DNA of 64,000 nucleotides, from contig NMRA01000027.1 of NCBI GenBank assembly GCA_002633005.1, forward strand, positions 1,663,921 to 1,727,920. Reading direction: 5' to 3'. Numbering within the stretch: position 1 is the stretch's first letter; every line of letters begins with the position of its first letter. Below are positions 27,003 through 39,137 of this stretch, piece after piece. The notes below the pieces were generated by a model. The model was not told the DNA's origin and ran no database searches. It saw nothing but the letters and a program-made list of their open reading frames with translations. The DNA is from Phoronis australis. Its lineage: Eukaryota > Animalia > Phoronida. Made by a program: the position numbers and the translations under genes.

Positions 27003-27383
27003 GCAATGGAGGACGAAGAGGTTTTGTCAGAAAAAACGGGACTCTTGCATTTCGGCGAAGATGAGTTAGAGGTTTTAGAATCTATGCTGACGTCACCAGA
27101 AAAGCGTTGTGCCGATTGGTTAAAAGATACTGACGTCTTCGGAAATGTGGAGCCATTGGATCAAAGAGTCTACCACAAAGATTTTCCCCCTTCCGACGAA
27201 ACTGCTCAGAACAAAACGGTCCCTCGTCGTTTATCTGAAATCGAGGCAAAGTTTAATTCTCATGAGTTTCCTTATGATCGGTTATATAGACCGAGTATTT
27301 CGACTAAAGATCAAAGCATCGAAATTAAAACTAATTCGACTAAACCGGAAGATAAGTCACAGAAGAAATGGCCGGCTGCGTGA
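27003..27383 (+). CDS. Terminal coding exon, cytoplasmic tail of the EGF-repeat TM protein
   Basis: Acceptor tatatttcAG at 27001-27002 is phase 0, matching the 26201 donor. Frame AMEDEEVLSEKTGLL...KKWPAA then stop. Confidence 0.78.
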   Translation, partial: AMEDEEVLSEKTGLLHFGEDELEVLESMLTSPEKRCADWLKDTDVFGNVEPLDQRVYHKDFPPSDETAQNKTVPRRLSEIEAKFNSHEFPYDRLYRPSISTKDQSIEIKTNSTKPEDKSQKKWPAA

Positions 27384-28324
27384 AATGCTACTCGTTTAAT
27401 TCAGACATCCCAAAAGAAAACTCTAAATCAAACAGTAATCAACCCGAAGAGTAAATGGAACTGGAAAAGATGACGTCTAGGTGTGTGTTTCACGGAAGCA
27501 TCTGCATGAGTTAGCCGTCTCCTTTGTAAAAACATTGACAGTTGTGTGAGTGCTTGGCATTTGATTAGTTGGAGAAATGCAGATTTGTTGACAACTTACC
27601 TCGACGTTCACAATGAAAGGTGTGAGTTGTGTGTTTTGTAAACGTTGCGTATGCTGGCTTGCGATTGTCTTGACGATTATTTATGAATGAATGAAGTGTC
27701 AACATTTCTGTTTTTGCTATTTGGTGACTTTATTCTCTGATCAAGTCTTTTGTGCGCATGTCCATCAGAACATTGACACAATGAATGCGTCCAATCTGAA
27801 CACAAAAGCCATTTCGGTAGTGAACGGAGGTCAAAGCTCACAAATTCTGTAAGATCTGGCCCATGTCCGATTCCAACGAAGCTGCAAAACCATTATTGTT
27901 GAAGGCCTAAAATCAGATGAAACTGAGTGTAAAACTTGAAAAGAATCCTACGCTAACACCGGCCTCACCGCTTGAGACTGGGAACTCGGTCGGTTTGCGC
28001 ACTTTGAAATCTTACAGCACTGATCAAAGATATGCTGTTGTAGCTAATTACATCGCCTTATGCTACTGATGTTATCTGGTTCTAGTAACCAAACACATCA
28101 TAAATACACTGGGGGCGACCATAGTATTTAAAATTTTCGTTTTGTTTTATAATTAGCCAATTCGAATAGTTCTCGAAAAATGCACGTGATCTGGTTTCCA
28201 AATTTTGAAAATCCGGCAAGAAATGTGACTTTTGTAACCTAATTATAGTATAATCTCGCCATATTATGCTCCTCATTAATTCTGCTGAGTGTGCAACATA
28301 ATTGGGTCAACTACCAAACTCTTA

Positions 28325-28787
28325 AGGCCTTTTCATACATGTACTGACTTAACTCCGGTGTGAGAGGATCGTCGACGTAAACGGAGAAGTTAGTTTCGGT
28401 AGTTAACGGTAGGCGACGATGTTGCCATCGAAGTAATCGCAAGGTAGCGCTCCACGCTAAAGCTTTTTTTAAACGTGACAATTTGGGAACATTTAATATG
28501 CTAATTGACATAAGACTTATTTTTAATTCGATTGGTAATTATTGGAGCAAAATAAAATAACGATTAGCGACTACGCTACCCTTTAATTGTTGACGATAAC
28601 TGTGGCACCTGGCGATAACTTCAATGGGACCGAAATTGACCGTTCATACTGCATGGCAGCGTCGACGCACGTGTTTAGTGCAAAGTTAACTGGCGCTTTT
28701 AACTTCGATCCATGACCGAAGCTAACCATTCATACTGATCGCAACTCCCCAAAACATCGATTCGTCGACGTTAGTATGAAAGGCCCA
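28325..28787. mobile_element. PIF/Harbinger-like MITE with TTA TSD
   Basis: AGGCCTTTTCATAC...GTATGAAAGGCCCA with TTA on both flanks; diverged second copy at ~37443-37940. Confidence 0.75.
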
Positions 28788-29202
28788 TTAGGCAGAGCTG
28801 GATTTTGTGGTAAGCTAAGAGTCATTGTACAATTCTTGGCATGAAGATATTGATATTGAAGTGTAGTATTTTGCTGGAACTTAGCCTTTCACTTCTGAGT
28901 AGTGTACTCACAAAATTGCGCATTGAAATTCAAAACTTTTTTGCTGGCGTGTCTTAATTAACCTCGTTGCAATAATTAAATTTCATTGTGCCGGTATAAT
29001 TTGATGACAAAGTTTAGATGACAATGCAGTAGGAAATTTAAGCTGGCGTCCAGTCCCAGCAATTTTGATCTTGAAGGTGTTGCATATTTGCGCGTGTGCT
29101 CAGTGAGGAAAATTTTGATGATACGAAAATACCCAAAGTGTTGCTACCGATGCTTGTGCTGTAGGCCTGCTTCTTTTTTGAGACAAGCACGGAACACAAG
29201 GT

Positions 29203-29699
29203 AGGAGAATGCCACTCGATTTCATTAGTCTTTTTGCCGTGTTAATCGGTCTATATCCACATCGCCTCGCATACGGTCGACCTTACCTTGCCAAGAGGTG
29301 TCGCGTTAATCAGTGAAGAAGGTGAAAAACAACGCTAGCGACGTCAGTGGTTCATATACAGAGTGAATGCCGCTATGTTGCTGTGCATCGTTTCCCACTT
29401 GTCCGAACCGTATGCAGGTGCAAGGAAAGGCGGCATATCGTTTTTCGACTTCCTCGAGAGCCCGAAATGCTTAGGAAGCCGCTCGCGGTAGTGAAGAATG
29501 AAAAGTACGCTGTAAATAGCAAGTATGAGGCCGTGAAACTTCTCCTTATCTGTGGCCTGCACACGTCGACAGTGCCTGACGAATGCTGGCTTACCAAATA
29601 ACTCCATACGTTCCGTTGTCTGAGCTTGTTCAAGGCGCCTCTCTAGTATTTCTTCATCACTGTATTCCTGTTCGAATTGATTGCCTATAAAACTTAAAG
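29203..29699 (+). mobile_element. Truncated Kolobok copy (THAP end only)
   Basis: Begins AGGAGAATGCCAC and aligns with 14029-14520; THAP remnant VFRLPREPEMLRK..ICG. Confidence 0.8.
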
Positions 29700-30462
29700 T
29701 CATATGATCCGTTTGTAGACGTTTTAAAAACATCGTGAATCTGCATAAAAACCATTGAAACATACTCTCTGACACTTAATTAGAACTTTTCGTAAGTATG
29801 GGGTCGATCTGCTGCCTGTACATATTTTTTCTTTTATTTTTTATTTTCTTAAAATCTGCATGATCAAAACAAACGAATGTTGCCCATAATGCTGTGCGGT
29901 TTGACCTTTCGGCAACTAATCAGCTGTTTCCGGTACTGCTCCGAAGAAGAGAAGTTCGCCTTAACCAGGTAATTTATTCGTTTCTTGAACATTTTGATGA
30001 CGATATTGCTCCCTGTATGAGCTGAACAGTCTAACTATTACTCTTAGAATTAGATGAAACCATTACCTGTGGGAAAATTACGTACTCAATTTGATAGTAA
30101 TCGTTGTGATCGAGTCGAGGGAGTCTGCAGCGGTACCCACCCAAGCAGGTATCGAAATTCAGCTAGGTACCACTGTGTGTTTTTCTTCAATAGAGCCCGA
30201 AATTCACACAGCCAGGGTAGTATATTTAGTATACAGATTTGTACCAAGGATAGCCCTAGCCCTATCAATGGAGTGTAATGTCATTGTGGTTGGATAGACC
30301 CTGTTTGTCACTCGATGGTCGTGAGTTGAATTTCTACCTGCTGGCAGTTTTCAGACTTTGGACTTGAATTGCAAAACTATTCGTGGTTTTTCATTGCCAT
30401 AAGAAAACCATCGTCTATCACCAGAGACTCTATATACACACTCTACTTGTATATTGTACTAG

Positions 30463-30888
30463 CAGGGGCACATTGGAGGATTTAGGGGGGGGGGGCAAGA
30501 GGGCCATGGCCCCCCTAAAATTCTCCCAGATACCATTTGGCAGTTCGGGGTGCAAATTGCTGATTAGCACATGCACCTTGAACAAACCCTGTTTACCGTT
30601 TATGTTTTTTTAGTAATAAGATCCACAAACCCAAAAATTCGACACCCCCGCATTCCTACATCAGGCTGGGCTCGCGCATGTCGCAAAATTCTGGTTATTC
30701 CTGTGCCCTGGCCCCCCTAACTCAAAATACTGGATTCGCCCCTGGGGCAGATCCAGGATTTTGAGTTGGGGGAACAGGGCAGAGTATTGGCCAGGATTTA
30801 GTTCACCAAACATTTGCACCCCCGAACTGCCAAATGGGAACTGTGAGAATTTTAGGGAGGCCATAGCCCCCCTCTAAATCCACCACTG
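30463..30888. mobile_element. Tail-to-tail dimer of the same MITE inside one 5-bp TSD (ACTAG)
   Basis: Forward unit 30463-30744 fused at GCCCCTGGGGC to a shorter reverse unit ending CACCACTG; ACTAG at 30458-30462 and 30889-30893. Confidence 0.8.
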
Positions 30889-32324
30889 ACTAGTCAGCTA
30901 GCTAGTCCACTTGAACACAACCCACTGGATCAGCGATGAATCCTCGGATTAAATGCAAGCAAACTTGGGAAGTGCCGGTAGGCTGAAGCTTGTTGCGAGA
31001 ATAGTGAGATCATACAAAACCATGGTTGGGAATGGGATGCAACAAGTTGATGCCTGTTATTCAGTGAAGAAATCTGGTTCTCAAATTGCAGGACACTGGG
31101 AGTGGTCACATCATTACAGAACAATATACTATGTATGGGACCTCCTCAAAGGCAAAAGGTATAAGCCAAAGGCAGATCAGTAGTAGCATTAATAAAGGTC
31201 GAGCAGGTTACATCTTGTATTATCAGTGGTATGGTCTCGATTGGGTAAATAAAGGGCTAGGGACAGGGGAAGGTTAATGACAGTGCTTGCTTTTAATTAA
31301 TATACTCTTTCTTGGACTTTGAGTGTGCAACTAGGCCCTTGCAGACTCACTTTATCAAGAACACAATCCATCAGTTTACATGGCAGAGGGCCTAAAGGGT
31401 GCTTCGAAAATCATCTATCCTCCTTGAATGTCAGCTGTTACAGACTTCTAGCATCGGTATTGGCAAGTTAACAAAGGAAATAAACTTAATTAGTCTGGAA
31501 ACAGGTAGAACACTGAAGTTTCAATTTCTGGTACACTCATACTTTTGCGAAAATGTGTATCCTATGGAATGTATTGATCAATGTTATCTATGTACTGCTC
31601 AGATTGGCATTTTATGTGATTACAATGTTTTTAAAGGTTCACCGTAATGTGCATCACCAGTTCACCAACAATAACAATACTCAAGCAACAGAGACAACAT
31701 GATTGGAGTACTGAGCCATGTGCAGAGGAATAGGCTTAGGTGGCAATTGATGTTCGGTCTCTTCACATGCAGGTATGCTTGGAACTCTCGTTTCTTAACG
31801 CAATAGAACCGATTCTACATAACTTTTGTGTTATCAAGTCATTCTTATTGTTTTCTTTCATCAGTAATCACGCAAGCTTTACAGGTAACAAAACTGAAAA
31901 CCTGTAATAAAATACATTTGCTATGTATCACTAAAATATGCCACATTAAATGCTGAAAATTATACTGTCTTAATACTTCATTAATTAAAACTTCATTAAT
32001 AATGGACCACTGGCTTTTTGAAGAACAACAACCAGTTTGCAGCTATGAAAACAACATTCCCCTTCATGTTGAGGTCATGTTTAAACTACAACTCAAAATT
32101 AATGTGGTTTGATTTTTTTCAGCCTCACATAAGTATATCTGAGGATGAGGGCATTGTATTCAACTTTATGTGTCCATACTCACTGGGGTGGTGGGTATCA
32201 CCAGCTGTGATTGTCATCAGGGTGTACATGTGGCAGATGCTGGGGAGTGTCCGCTACACTGAAAAGATCTACAAGAAGCAACCTGTCACCTGCATTTTGC
32301 TTATGCCTGTGAGTATTTCTTATC

Positions 32325-32476
32325 AAGACAGTTTTGGAAATCCAGTTAAGCACCCTCATTATGTACACATGTGACTCTGTGAAAGAAAACACAGCTGACA
32401 ATCTTATAAAGACAGTTTTGGAAATCCAGTTAAGCACCCTCATTATGCACACATGTGACTCTGTGAAAGAAAACAC
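32325..32476 (+). repeat. Tandem duplication, 84-bp period
   Basis: AAGACAGTTTTGGAAATCCAG...GAAAACAC at 32325 and 32409, nearly identical. Confidence 0.9.
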
Positions 32477-32981
32477 ATCTTACATGACACTTGTAATAAC
32501 CTTTTACCATTTTCCTTCCAAGGCTCTGGCTACAGAGATTTGGTCTTGCACTCAACATCAATGTTTCACACAAATACCCAAAACTCAGTTTAACAAACAA
32601 ATAAATTATCTGAATATGCTCATAATTGTTACTTATTGAGAAAATGTGAATTATTTCCAGGCTATTAGGTATTAATGATAACTGGAGTAAACCTTTACTT
32701 GGCAATTGTGAAGTGAAAACATTATTAAGGCCCTGACAGTATGCCTGTGATATGAATATTCATAAAGACTATCTATGGATTATTGGCAGGTTCATGATAA
32801 GGTCCAGTTTTAGTCAAACTAAACAAAACACAATAAAACACATACCTTATTTGAGTTTTGTTTATTGTTTATCTGAAATTTAAGTATAAATACCAAAATA
32901 GCCATCACAATGGATTGCCAACAGTACATTCTATAAGGTATGTATAAATAAATCTTTTTCAATAAGGCATGGAAAAATGTC

Positions 32982-33160
32982 GCAAACAGCTTGTCCCATC
33001 AGCACGCCATGTTTTTGGTCACATCACGAGACCTAATGAATATCAATCCAAAAAGATTTCTGCCCGTCCCTGTCTAGGGCAGAAATCTTTTCGGACATAC
33101 ATCCATTAGGTCACGTGATGTGACCAAAAAGATGGCGTGCTGACGGGACAAACTGTTCGC
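32982..33160. mobile_element. Palindromic (hairpin) non-autonomous element
   Basis: Arms GCAAACAGCTTGTCCCATCAGCACGCCAT...GATTTCTGCCC and GGGCAGAAATC...ATGGCGTGCTGACGGGACAAACTGTTCGC; 15-bp direct repeat CATTCTATAAGGTAT at 32927 and 33160. Confidence 0.75.
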
Positions 33161-33869
33161 ATTCTATAAGGTATTCAGCTTTTGAAGTACACTAGTTAAT
33201 GAAGAATTTTTTTCTCTTATACATGACTATAAAGAAAATTTTATTTTTATTTTTGATTCAGGACTTTTGGTTTCATCGTCATAAATGAGGAACTGGCAAG
33301 AGTCTACNNNNNNNNNNNNNNNNNNNNNNNNNNNNNNNNNNNNNNNNNNNNNNNNNNNNNNNNNNNNNNNNNNNNNNNNNNNNNNNNNNNNNNNNNNNNN
33401 NNNNNNNNNNNNNNNNNNNNNNNNNNNNNNNNNNNNNNNNNNNNNNNNNNNNNNNNNNNNNNNNNNNNNNNNNNNNNNNNNNNNNNNNNNNNNNNNNNNN
33501 NNAGATAAATGTGATTTCTTTGTGGTACTAATAAACAAAATTTATGCCCAATACCATTTCTTAGTTTCATACTGAAAACTGGATGAAGACTTAAATGTAA
33601 TGAAACAGAACTGGTAAAGTTGCTACAAACCAACATTCCATCAACAATAAAGTAACTTTCAATTTATACCATTATTCGCATCAGACCTCCTATCAGTAAG
33701 TTTCTTTACCCAGGTGAGGATGGGTTTCTTGGCTTGTAACAAATTCACCTACAGAAAATGACAAGCTGTTTCAAGGCAACTTGATAAACTGAGGTTCGAG
33801 CTATAACGAACTGTCAGTTCTTTCTAATTCCAGGAATCACTTGTACTTTGAGTAAGGAATGGGCCAAGA

Positions 33870-34189
33870 CAATAAATAGTCAAAATCAAGAGTTGGTTTA
33901 ATTGAAGGAAGGCAGGTTCATAGCAGCTTTAACCGCAATGACATAATCACATTAACAAACAAAATGGATTTTCACTGCCGAAGTTTAACCTGTATAACAT
34001 CAAATGCATTTCACTGCAGCAATTCTCAAACAATAAATAGTCACAATCAAGAGTTGGTTTAATTGAAGGAAGGCAGGTTCATAGCAGCTTTAACAGCAAT
34101 GACATAAGCACATTAACAAACAAAATGGATTTTCACTGCCGAAGTTTAACCTGTATAACATCAAATGCATTTCACTGCAGTAATTCTCA
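33870..34189 (+). repeat. Tandem duplication, 161-bp period
   Basis: Units start at 33870 and 34031 and differ by a few substitutions. Confidence 0.9.
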
Positions 34190-37100
34190 ACACAACAGAA
34201 ATGTAAATGCAAACAAGAGTTGGAGCATGACATGTAATTAATCGAAATATGTTTGAAGTCATGGACACATTTATATTAATTACGTAGTCAATTCGCACAA
34301 CCACGTGGACCAACAAAAGCAGATGATGACTGTTGATAGACTCAACATGAACCAAGTTACATGAGCACTTCAATTAAAAACCAGTTACTGTATCACAGTT
34401 TTGGAGTCAAATGTAAGCAAACAGTGGTCAAGGATTGTTGGTTTACATATATAAAAAGTAGAATGTCAGACTTATATGCTGTACGGTAAATGAGTAAGAT
34501 CAAAAATATAGCCGTGTCCTTTTGTATTGACAACAGTCTATATCCACGTCAAGCTACTATGCAAAGGTAACTTTAAAATCAGAGTCAAATGTTCACTGAA
34601 GCAGTGATAGTTCTTTTGATAGATCAAATAACATTTGTTGTCATTGCAAAACCATTGATCGTTAAGGCAATGAACTGGGTGGCCCCTGGAAGTCATGTGT
34701 CAAGTTTGTGCACGCCTTGTTTTTCTCTCAAGCATCTGCTAATTATGGACACCGGTGGCACTGGAGTATAGACCTTTCTTAATCCTTGACAGCATTACTC
34801 TTAGATTTCTCACTGAAGTACCTATGTAGCCTGTAAGTGTAAAATATTGTGAAAAGTTACAATATAATTGAGCACTGAAACACTAAAACCAAAAATACAG
34901 TGCAAAGAAAACCACCATTGGGTACAAGTAATGATAACTGTATCTATACCACCAACGGAATGCTAGTATCAACAAGTGTGAGAGGTTGCAAGTTAGAAAG
35001 ATGGTGCAGGAACTAATGCACGTATTGCCAAATCTTCATCGCATCATGATAACTTTTGATGGCCATTGCCACTTTATGGTTTAAGTGGATCCTAGAGTTC
35101 CAAGACAAGAAATTGAACTCATGGCAACATGGTTATGTCCCAAGTGCTACTCAGCAGCCGGTCATACTATTATCGTCTTTTAACAAGCAGTAAGAAACCT
35201 ACATTGAGAGAAAATAGAGTTGCATTTTCACAGAAAAATTTCTGCGGCTATAAACCCTGTTATCCGCGCAACTTAACTTTTGATTTTAACCACTTTCCTC
35301 ATTCAGATGAGAAATAAGTTTTGGTCTTGCAAAGAACTGTCAGTTCATTATGGTTGTGACCATGTCAGGTGAATGAAATGGCATGCTGTGACACGTCAAC
35401 CTAAAGAAACTCTCAAGTAGTAACAAATTGCTGGAGATTTTCAAGCCCAAACTTCACACCTTATTTTTATCAAGGAACAATTCGAGATCAATATCATACT
35501 AATGGTACATGGTCTAAATAAACAGTTGGTTTTCGTGACATAAGGCATGCCTATATCTACTTTAAATTCCAATAGAGCATAGAGTCTTTACAAGAGCAGA
35601 CACAAACCTTTGATCCAGATTGTGAGGATGCAGGTGACAAAGAAGATAAGGACAACGGTGAACAACAGCTCTGAATCCCTGTAAGATGACAATAGTGGCA
35701 TTTGTAAGAAGACATTCAGTTTAAAATTTATTCTGAGGCCTCTACACTGAGAACTCAGACATGTATCTATGAATCTGAAACAGTGACATTGAATCGACAG
35801 ATGGAATCGTAAAAGGGCAAATTTTCAAAATAAGGTTTTTAGAAATCATAATTGCTCCCCACACCAAACATGATGCACAGAATTTCAACCAGCAGCTGGA
35901 GTTAGCTTGCATTTATACTACAGTTGTAAGCGAGTTGAAAATTTTCACATGCAAATTAGTTACATTACAAATGTTCTTTGCTCAACTGGACATCCTCCAA
36001 AGCACTGATACATTAGAATAAAAACTTCACACTAAAGTACGGTTTACACAAACCTAATATAAATAACTCAAATGAAACACTGCTTCGTGCATTTCAATGT
36101 GCATTTCCATGTTTTAATATGGAACAGCAGTGACGCCATCATGTGCGAAGTGCACTCATCCTTAAAAAATATCTCTAATATTTGTCTGGTAAGCTGCTTG
36201 GCTGTATTCATAAGTTAAGGTGTAAAAGTCTAGGTCCAAGCTCGCTACAGGGGGTTAGTTTGAAAACGCAGATGTAAACGCTTTGATCTATGTATTTTTG
36301 TAAAAAAATCAGTGTGGGGGGTTGCTGGTGCACTGCACGGTGGTAGGGGTAATGGGTTGTCGGAATCACGGACACTCCGAAATATTGGGAATCCCATTTT
36401 GGACACCCTATTTTCGAAATCCTGGGTGAATCCCTGAATAGAAATTGAACAGGCTTTAAACAAGGCATGTTTAAATACTGTAAACGAAACAGTGATATCT
36501 TTGGTTAGGATTGTGAGTTGTGAGTTGAATAAAATGTGAAATGTCACTCCATGAGATATTAAGGAAATGAATGAAACAATACCTCAAGGTTTCTTCAGGT
36601 GATGACCAGTCTGGGACTCTTGCAAAGAAGTTTGTAGAGGGCGTTGTCTAAACCACTCATTCTGAAAGTACAGATGATGAAGGAGGGTTTAAATACAATT
36701 TGACTCACTTTACCAGGAGCAATCACAAGATTTAAGAATGTACTTTCAGTCAATTTGTCACACCTTTATGCTTAAAACAACTTTGATTTAATTACCAGAA
36801 GGCAAAATTTGTAGCTGAGACAGCATTATTCTAAACTGACAGCGACTTAAGAGACTTATAATTGATGAAAATTCCGGCTTACGTTAAAGCCCATAGCCTA
36901 ATCTCTGTATTCGATACACAACTCGAAAATTTAGCAATTCCATGACATGAGAAAACATAAGATTTGTACTCCAATCACGTGATTTGACTGGCTAATTTTT
37001 TGAGGTTGTGAGTTCAAGTAATGTACCTGGACCATGCAGATTGCAATTAACCATTTTCTCCTAACCTGCACAGTCTAAGATGGAAATACAGAGAAAAGTG

Positions 37101-37442
37101 GCCATCAATAACTGAAGTTTAGCACACCTATTCTTTCTTTTAAAACTTAATGTAATAAGAAAGATCAACTTACGGTTACACGGGCCCCTGTAGGTGGTCA
37201 GTATTCTCCTAACTGGAAAAAATAAAGCAAAACTAATAAGACATTCTCAAGTATAGCCATCTTGACCAAGACTTATCCCCCCCACTGTACTCAGTACGAC
37301 AAACACTGAAATGAGCTTTCTAATAAAGCTATTGGCGTGGCCAGGTGAAGTCCCTAACACATCCTACAAACATCCCCCCCTCTCCCGCCACAATTATTTA
37401 CACCACCTGCCACATTGTTCTGCTAGTTGAAATTGATCTAAA

Positions 37443-37940
37443 AGCCCTTTTGTACTTAATTTCGGTCTGAGCAGAGTGTCGACATAAACTGGAAAGTTAA
37501 TCGAACCGTTTTACCCGCTTTGGATGTCTCAGTAAACTTTAGCTGATGATGTCGTCATCGAAGTAATAGCAACGTAGTGTAGATGCAACACTTGTACACC
37601 AGGATTTTTTAATGTGATAATTTGGGAACATTGACATGTGCTAATGGACACAAAAACCTATTTCTAATTCGATTAGTGACTACTCGAGCAAAATATGAGC
37701 AGCTTTTAGCGACGACATTACCCTGTAATTGTCGATGATAGCAGTGGCCCCTGACAATAACTTCTTCGATGTAACCGAAGTTAATCATTCATACTACCCT
37801 ACACCACAGCATCGACGCTCCGCTTGTCAACTGTGAAGTCAACTGGCACAGTTAACTTCGATTCAGGACCGTAGTTAACCATCCATACTGACTGCAACTC
37901 CCCAAAACATCGCCATGTCGACGTTAGAATGAAAGGGCCT
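37443..37940. mobile_element. Second copy of the 28325-28787 MITE family
   Basis: Shared blocks (CATCGAAGTAAT, AATTTGGGAACATT, GCAACTCCCCAAAACATCG, GTCGACGTTAG..ATGAAAGG). Confidence 0.7.
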
Positions 37941-38060
37941 TACCAGTTTTAACTACATGTTAAAACACTAACATGGTGTAACTAGTCCGGGTCAGCGTGA
38001 ATCAGTACTACTACTAGTACTAGTAGTATTAGAACAAAAACTGAACAGCTGATCGAATTG

Positions 38061-38117
38061 TAGCCAGCCAGCTAGCTGTATGATGACTGTATATTATACA
38101 GCTTTGTACCAAGGCTA
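38061..38117. mobile_element. 57-bp AcademH-type micro-element with 9-bp TSD
   Basis: TAGCC...GGCTA termini; ATCGAATTG at 38052-38060 and 38118-38126. Confidence 0.8.
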
Positions 38118-38484
38118 ATCGAATTGATGCCCTTCAAAATGATTCGGGTCCGATGTATGCTGACTGAGATCAGTCACCCATCAGTGAATGCTCTAAACGT
38201 GTATACGAGTCATTGAACATTTCACAAACAGCACACTTACTGACTTATACTTGTCCATCCAAAGCCTGGTATTGTTCATTTGTTGTAATGTAAAACCTTC
38301 ACGAGTTCGAACATTCAGTCGTCTTGTCCTCATTGTTTCTCACCTATCGAACGAGTCGATTACAGGTACAAAGTTTGTTGGTAATGCCGCTTTTTGTACT
38401 GGCTAACACGTCTTTTTCTAAATCTCGTAGCGCAGGACGACTGCGTTTCGCCTTCGGACGTACACTTCATAGATCTACCTCTCC

Positions 38485-38535
38485 CCGCCATTTGTATAAA
38501 TTCGGTTGACCTCTAGATCTGTGGCTGCGCATGCG
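38485..38535 (-). promoter_or_regulatory. Housekeeping-type promoter motifs (YY1 and NRF1-like)
   Basis: CCGCCATTT at 38485-38493 and TGCGCATGCG at 38526-38535, in a locally CpG-richer patch at the 5' end of the exon series. Confidence 0.5.
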
Positions 38536-39137
38536 TTGTTGTAATGTTTATAATCTATTTAGCGGTCGGGATACTAAATTCTTTGTAAACATTTCATTCG
38601 TTTGAAGTATTTACAACGATTTTTTTCAAACTTTTTGCACAAGTTGAAAGTTAATAACTTTTTGAACTCCATGTCACATCAAAAAACCGGCTTAAACGGC
38701 GTTAAGAGGTTTTTTTCTTCTATAACTCGGACCATAGGCCTTTAATATGTGTCGTCTTAAATGTAACCCACAATTTGAAAAAAGGAAGTTGTTTTTGAGT
38801 GACTATTTTTTGATAAAAACATATTCAAACTTTCCCAAAAAGCTCATTTTTTCTTGATGGCTTTTCCAAGAAATGTTGTCAGAGATTATTTAAGTCATCG
38901 AAACATAATTATGACCTTAAAGCCGTCGTCACATACTGTTTTTGTACTTTGTTTTTGAGATTTGGCAAATACACAACATTCAGTCAAAATTCCAACTTCA
39001 TACCAAAATAAATCAAGTTACAATCAATTTAAAGAAAATCCTTGGGACCAATTTGAAGTTCATGTGTATTAGATTTCAAATTGTTGATTTCGTAAAAATT
39101 GATAAAAAAATAGCTGAATGATAAGTTTCAGCATATT

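Larger units (their letters stand above)
31901..38491 (-). ncRNA. Candidate multi-exon non-coding transcript (lncRNA or small-RNA host gene); 3' end undefined
   Basis: Regularly spaced AG/GT-bounded minus-strand segments: 37212-37174, 36661-36583, 35678-35608, 33748-33670, 32872-32846; further acceptors at 34830 and 31901 and donors after 38479 and 38241. The 79-nt exon has stops in all three frames. Confidence 0.45.

Noticed and set aside
2-27383. Assigning Notch, Crumbs, Delta or fibropellin as the gene symbol
   Set aside because: No LNR/ankyrin, laminin-G/ERLI, DSL or avidin domain is visible, and the N-terminus lies outside the window.
31058-31116. C/D snoRNA with ATTTCTTCA guide to 28S rRNA
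   Set aside because: Only ~9 nt complementarity, imperfect C box, ~55 nt long and no clear terminal stem.
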